Of a DNA stretch of 64,000 nt, positions 57,423 through 64,000 are shown piece by piece (positions within the stretch are counted from its first letter, which is position 1; every line of letters starts with the position of its first letter). Below the pieces are notes generated by a model that ran no database searches, had not been told where the DNA came from, and saw nothing but the letters and a program-made list of their open reading frames with translations. The stretch comes from Dendrobates tinctorius (Eukaryota): assembly GCF_039654945.1 (NCBI RefSeq), contig NW_027361702.1, positions 7,378,001 to 7,442,000 on the forward strand. The letters run 5' to 3'. A program made the position numbers and the translations under genes.

Positions 57423-59169
57423 GCGTACTGCTGTGCGGCTGCCAAAGAAAGGGAATTGAGTAGCCCGGCCAGTAACAGATGTTGTCAGTGGTCTTTGGAT
57501 AGGACATGGCTATGTTTTTTCCGTTGAGCTTTCATTAACGCCTAACCCACGTACACGTCAATCACCAAGCCTACTCCTTATTCTACCACAACCTCGCTTA
57601 TTCCCACTCATGTAAGTAGCCTTCCCCTTTTGTTACCCTGCTGTTTCACAAACTTAAGCCCACAGCGGTCAGTCTCCTGTCATTCATCAACAACTGTTAT
57701 ATCTATCCATTCTTAAGTGGAAATCTGTCTTTCTGATTTGTCATTGCAACACAGTTTTATCACAAACCATTTGGAGAAGCAAATGGGGCTTCCGGAGACT
57801 GCCACACAGTTTTTGCACAAACTAGTTAGATGCTGGAGGATCGTTTTTTTTTGTTTTATTTTTTTACACAGGACAGAATCCTATATAGCTAACTGACAAG
57901 TTCACTTGCTGGTGCAACCCCTCTATACTGTGACACTGAGAAAATGGTGTCAACAAAGCAAGATGTCTGTTTTTTACATGGCCAGGGATGTGACTTCGGC
58001 AGCCAATCACAGAAGACCTTATGTCATGTTTTTGTGGATGGTTTCTGCGCCCTGTTTGGCTGCCGGAATCAACACACACAAAGATAAGGGGGGGGGGGAA
58101 GAGCACGCAGCTCCTCTAATCTCTGCTCACTCCCCTCATCAAACACTTCTTCGTGTCTCCCCCCCCCCGCTCATCATACATCACCACTATCCTAGTCAAA
58201 GTAATAAAAGCATTTAGTGGAAACGTGATGATTTCACGAACTGTAACCAAAATTTGCTAACTGAGTAAAAATGCTTTTGAAAAAGAACAGGAATTAGAAT
58301 GTGCTACATTTGTGCCAAATTTTAAATTGGTGACCGTTTACCAAACAAGTTCGCCCATCTCTAGTGCTGAGGCACTGAATTGAAGAGGGTGGGAGATGCT
58401 TGGGAAATATCTTGGAGATGGTATGGTGAGGAGGGAAGCAAATCTTTAGAGGACCGTAGATTACGTGTGAGGATGTATTGTGAGTTTAGTTTGGAGATGT
58501 AAACCAAATATGTTCTGCAATTGGATATGATTTTAAAGGTTTTCCTGTGCTTTGATAATCTTATAAATGTGCCCCTGCTGTACTGTGTAATGGCCGTGTC
58601 TGACCATACAGGGACATGGTCTGGTCATATCACAGCTCCTGGGCAGGGGGGAAGCAAAAGAGTATACCGACAGGACAGTATGGGAACACAGATGCTGCTT
58701 TCTGTGAGGCAAAACGCTGGTTTTAAACAGGCAGTGAAATGTTTTACCTCACAGAATCTGCTGTGATCCCCCTGTTGTCCTGTCTGCTTACTCTCTTATA
58801 ATATTTCTCCATCATAGTAAACACAGCAAAAAATATGAAAAGCGTTTGCTATTTTTGTTCATCCCACCACAAAAAATGAAAAAAAGTGATAAAAAACATG
58901 TCGAAAAATGGAATGTTTTGAAAGTACAGCTCATTATGCAAAAAACAAACCTTTCTACAACTCTGTAATCAAAATCAAAGAAACTTAAGAAACATTAAGT
59001 ATCACCTTAATCGTTTACACCTACACTATAAAAATATATATTTGTCCTGCACAGTGAATGATTTAACAGAAATGTGAAAAACCACGACAGAATTTCAATT
59101 TTGTTCTTCATACCACTTCTCAAAAAAATTACCAAAAAGACATTTTTTATGACATAGTAGGATATTGAG

Positions 59170-59740
59170 TTTGGGTGTAATATATAAGCTGCAGATGAAC
59201 ACCTGATGAAGGTACGTACTAAAACGTGCGCCGGGGTCAGCACCGCGCGCTCCGCTGGATCCTATACAGGTACAACTACAGGTTTTTCAATATATCATGT
59301 TGTTCTATCCCAAAAGCTAGTATAGCACCATAAGTCACATGGGCTTATATATTTCTATACACTGTCTGGGCAATATGTGTGTGAGGGGGTTTGTGCAATT
59401 ATTTACTTTACTCATCATTGTTGTTACATCCTCCCACTAAAATATATATTTACATCATGTTTTTCTGGCACATGTGCATGTTATAGATTACCCGGCCTGA
59501 GTATAGTTTCTGGGTGTTCTAAGGATTATTGTACCATTTGAGCTATTTCTACTCTGGGTTGTTGGTCTGATAACAATGCTGCTATGTTGTATATATTTTA
59601 TCATTGTCATTATTTTACTGTGTGTGGGCCCTCTCCACCATGTACCCACTTGTATTTACAATAAAGGTATTTTATTTACATTATTTTATGTCTAGATCAC
59701 TTTTTGGCTTTTCTTTCATTGGTTTGGTTCTTCTCCAATT
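59170..59740 (+). mobile_element. Penelope-like pseudo-LTR remnant with decayed hammerhead motif
   Basis: TATATAA (59181), CTGATGA core (59203-59209), donor-like AGGTAC, AATAAA (~59660); boundaries approximate. Confidence 0.55.
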
Positions 59741-60844
59741 GGTCTAGGCAATTGATCAGCAGGCACACAATTTAATATGAGCACTTATTGTCTATCACTA
59801 TATGGGTTATGTTTCCCAGAAACCATATATATGTATGTATCTTATGTGCTCATCTTTTACCTCATTTGTGTAATTAGCTCAGTTCACAGCTTGAAGCAGG
59901 CAAAATGTAGCAGATTCCCGTTGCCAGTCTCCGTCGGCAAAGACAAGCTGGATTGCCAACCATCTAGAAATACCAGTAGAGTCAGTAAAAATAGGACACT
60001 TTTTTGCCTTGTCCTTAATTTTTTTTTTTTTTTTATTATTATTTTTTATTTAAGGCCTTCATGATTTCATTTTGAAGAAGAAACTTCTTCGAATTATTTT
60101 GACTGTAATTATTATTCATAGTTCACAGTGAATGCAGCTGACATCATCATATCAGAATTACGGTCTGTAGGCATGGATCACTTCTAATCATGATTTATTA
60201 AGGTTGTCTAATCTGTCTGTAAAAAATAGTCCGTGATTTTTTTCATAAGCTGTCCAGATAAAAATAAGTCAAGTTGACAATTCTGTACACTGCTCCCGAC
60301 AGCCATTCAGCAGCTTCTGCTGATGTCACATTGATAAATTAGCAGCTCCTCTTCCACTCTACTCTGTTTATATGGTGTAACTGCTCACGTCATACTGATT
60401 GACAGCCAGCTCCTTGCTGCCTAACTGCGGGGAGCCAACGGTCAATCAGCATGACGGCAATCCTATCCTGTCGACAGAGGAGTTTCTGACAGGTGGTGTG
60501 CATCTTCATGCTCCTGGACAGAAATCCTACTCCATTTAGGGACTGGAGTGAGATTTTTAGCGAAAGGAATTTCACAACTGATCATGAATTAGTGTGAAAA
60601 TGCCAAAGATCACCAAATTTTTGTGGAAATCCGCGTTACTCAAGAACTTTGCGACTTTTCAACCTGTTTAGTCCAAAATTCAGGCACTAATGTAATTAAA
60701 AAGTAAACCACAATCATTTTGTGTAGGTTCCCTATAGAATGAAAATGTCCAGTTACACTGACAGAAACCTGTCCTAAAATGTTTGGTTGTTTGTTTGTGA
60801 GCATGTGCAGTAGGAAGCTCCACTGACTGACCTGGCGATACCTA

Positions 60845-63800
60845 CACTGTTTCCAAATTATTATGTAAATGCTACAACCCCTGGCGAAAATTATGGAATC
60901 ACTGGCCTTGGAAGATGTTTATTCAGTTGTTTAATTTTGCAGAAAAAAAGCAGATCACAGACATGGCACAAAATTAAAGGCAATTCGAATGGCAACTTTC
61001 TGGCTTTAAGAAACACTAAAAGAAATCAAGAACAATAAAATGTGGTAGTCAGTAATGGTTACTTTTTTAAACCAAGCATAGAGAAAAAATAATGGAATCA
61101 CTCAATTCTGAGGAAAAAATTATGGAATCACCCCGTAAATTTTCATTCCCAAAAGTAACACCTGCATCAAATTAGATCTGCTCGTTAGTCTGCATCTAAA
61201 AAGGAGTGATCACACCTTGGAGAGCTGTTGCACCAAGTGGACTGACATGAATCATGGCTCCAACATGACAGATGTCAATTGAAACAAAGGAGAGGATTAT
61301 CAATCTCTTAAAATAGGGTAAATCATTACGCAATATTGCAAAAGATGTTGGTTGTTCACAGTCAGCTGTGTCTAAAATCTAGACCAAATACAAACAATAT
61401 GGGAAGGTTGTTAAAGGCAAACATACTGGTAGACCAAGGAAGACATCTAAGCGTCAAGACCGGAAACTTAAAGCAATGTGTCTCCAAAACAGGAAATGCA
61501 CAACAAAACAAATGAGGAACGAATGGGAGGAAACTGGAGTCAACGTCTGTGACTGAACTGTAAGAAACCACCTAAAGGAAATGTGATTTACATACAGAAA
61601 AGCTAAATGAAAGCCATCATTAACACCTAAACAGAAAAAAACAATGTTACAATGGGCTAAGGAAAAGCAATCCTGGACTGTGGATCACTGGATGAAAGTC
61701 ATATTCAGTGATGAAGCGCGAATCTGCATTGGGCAAGGTGATGATGCTGGAACTTTTGTTTGGTGCCGTTCCAATGAGATTTATAAAGATGACTGCCTAA
61801 AGAGAACATGCAAATTTCCACAGTCATTGATGATATGGGGCTGCATGTCAGGTAAAGGCACAGGGGGATGGCCGTCATTACATCTTCAATAAATGCACAA
61901 GTTTATGTTGATATTTTGGACACTTTTATTATCCAATCAATTGAAAGGATGTTTGGGAATGACGAAATCATTTTTCAAGATGATAATGCATCCTGCCATA
62001 GAGCAAAAACTGTGAAAACATTCCTTGAAAAAAAGACACATAAGGTCAATGTCATGGCCTGCAAATAGTCCGGATCTCACTCCAATTGAAAATCTTTGGT
62101 GGAAGTTGAAGAAAATGGTCCATGACAATGTCCAACCTGCAAAGCTGATTTGGCAACAGCAATCAGAGAAAGTTGGAGCCAGATTGATGAAGAGTACTGT
62201 GTGACACTCATTAAGTCCATGCCTCAGAGACTGCAAGCCGTTGTAAAAGCCAGAGGTGGTGCAACAAAATACTAGTGATGTGTTGGAGTGTTTTTTTGCT
62301 GGTTTATTTTTCATAATTCCATAATTATTTCCTCAGAACTGAGTGATTCCATAATTTTTCCCTATGCTTGGTTTAAAAAAGTAACCATTACTGACTACCA
62401 CAATTTTTGTTCTTGATTTCTTTTAGTGTTTCTTAAAGCCAGAAAGTTGCCATTTGAAATGACTTTAGTTTTGTGCCATGTCTGTGATCTGCTTTTTTTT
62501 TTTTTCTACAAAATTAAACTGAATGAACATCTTCCAAGGCCGGTGATTCCATAATTTTTGCCAGGGGTTGTATTTTTCTCTGATTGTCCTAAATGGCGGA
62601 TGCAGATGAGTCAGTATAATGCTCAACTCATCACCAGTCATTAGAGGGTAAATCACACTTTAGTAGACAAACCTCCCATTGCTAAGGATTTAAAAAAAAA
62701 AAAAAACTAGAAAAAAGCAAATTTCTGCAATTTATTCTGCACAACAGAGTTTCCAAATCTTTTATAGGTTGTAAAGAACTGAAAATGGTCAATTATGGAA
62801 TCTGCAGCATTAAGAGGTCAGATTTACTTAAATCAAAAGCTTTTTCAATCAAAAACCTCTTAAGCTGAGTTACATAACATTGGAGCCTTCTTTGATATCA
62901 CCTTCGCAACTCTTGCATTGTACTTGTGAGTTTTTGGATGGTTTCTACCTGAATTTCTTTTCAGGATGTCAGAGTAGCCTCCCAGAGCTGCTGATTTGAT
63001 GTGATTGGTCCCCCACTCTCATAGATCTTATGCTTATGGATTATCCTAAGTTTCCCAGTAGGATTGTGGCCAGGGGAGGATGGTGGTAGCACCATGAGTT
63101 TCTCTCCTTTTATGCCCATAGCAGCCAAGGACTCAGAGGTTTCTTTGCATGATGAGATAGGGCATTGTCAGCATGAAGATGATTTTTCTACAGATGGCAC
63201 AGTTCTTTTTGTACCATGGACGAAAGTGTTCAGTAACAAACTCTATATACTTTGTCAAGGTCATTTTCTCACACGTAGGGACCATAAAGGAGGCTACCAG
63301 CTCTCTCCCCTTGAGAAAACATGACTCCGCCACCTCATTTCTGATGTCACTGCGTTGTTGGGACATGGTGACCATCCACCAACTATCCACTACTCCATCC
63401 ATCTAGACCATCCAGGGTTGCACAGCAGCATCAGTAAACAAGACTGGTTTACAATCAGTCTTCATATGTGTCTGGGCCACTGCACCCATCCCTGCTTGTG
63501 AGCACTGTTTAGGAGTGGCTGAATAGAAGTTTTATGCACAGTCATGAGCCCCTCCAGCAGCTTCCAAATCTGTTTGCTGCTTTGTAATGGTATTTTAGCA
63601 GCTGCTTTCTTAATCCAATCAATTTGTCTGGCAGAAACCTTCCTCATTATGCCTTTATCTGCACGTCTGTGCTCTGCATCTGGCACAAATCTCTTCACAG
63701 TACAATAATCACACTTAATTTTTTGTGAATTATATAATGTTTTCATACCTTGTCCAAAGCATTGCACTATTTGATGCTTTTCAGAAGCAGAGAGATCCTT

Positions 63801-64000
63801 TTCTTTCCAATTTTGCTTGATATTTGTGGCCTCTTAATAATGCGGAACATCCTTTAAGTACTTTTCCTTTAATTGACCACCTGGCAAACTAATTATCACA
63901 GGTGTATAAGATTGGTTTCGGTGATCCAAAAACCCTGAGACACAAACCAACCATGAGTTTGTGAAAAATAAAAAAATACAGTACATTTATGACACTTAAA
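60845..64000 (-). mobile_element. Degenerate DD37E (TRT-type) Tc1-family transposon, runs to the window end
   Basis: ta-CACTGTTTCCAAATTATTATG end; minus-strand remnants MRKVSARQI...KIPLQSSKQI and FM.DNALSH...LAAMGIKGEKLMVLPPSSP. Confidence 0.75.
60875..62570 (+). mobile_element. Tc1 (DD34E) transposon with three direct repeats per TIR, complete ends, dead transposase
   Basis: TA flanks; TIR CAACCCCTGGC.AAAATTATGGAATCAC (~255 bp); transposase 61254-62275 ([34 protein letters not shown]) with stops and frameshifts. Confidence 0.94.

Larger units (their letters stand above)
45750..58363 (-). mobile_element. Old hAT (Ac/ZBED-like) fossil split by younger insertions
   Basis: Right end GTTCGCCCATCTCTA; minus-strand remnants HFTNDTWT...YISLTGHW and PCMAHILN at 55750-56260, and ADFWAAT.LDTQYK at ~46090-46130; left boundary uncertain. 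Confidence 0.65.

Overview
Vertebrate genomic DNA, inferred to be a frog from its TE repertoire (V-SINE, TTAA MITEs, DIRS, Harbinger, sushi-type Gypsy); the species cannot be called from sequence alone. Two host genes lie head-to-head across a CpG-rich promoter at ~22.1-22.85 kb. nup62 (minus strand) has 7 coding exons in the window and continues beyond position 1. dnaaf6/pih1d3 (plus strand) is complete, with 6 coding exons giving 190 aa. Both were assembled by hand from splice sites with consistent phases, and most of their exons are absent from the ORF track. Nearly all remaining DNA is transposon-derived: a full-length 8.3-kb PIF/Harbinger with an intact spliced transposase and an 8-exon MADF-BESS partner gene, a DIRS nested in a DIRS nested in an hAT fossil, a third DIRS in a nup62 intron, a chromodomain Gypsy, a 2.9-kb hAT frameshifted at a (GA)n tract, three Tc1-family elements, MITEs, solo LTRs, decayed Penelope-type hammerheads and two minisatellites. 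The most promising leads are the exon-accreting Harbinger partner gene, a short intron at the same place in ORF1 of three divergent DIRS elements, tandem RFX X-boxes in the shared promoter, and a self-priming signature in the Gypsy. I cannot establish that any of these is undescribed without database searches. No CRISPR arrays, rRNA or tRNA genes were seen.
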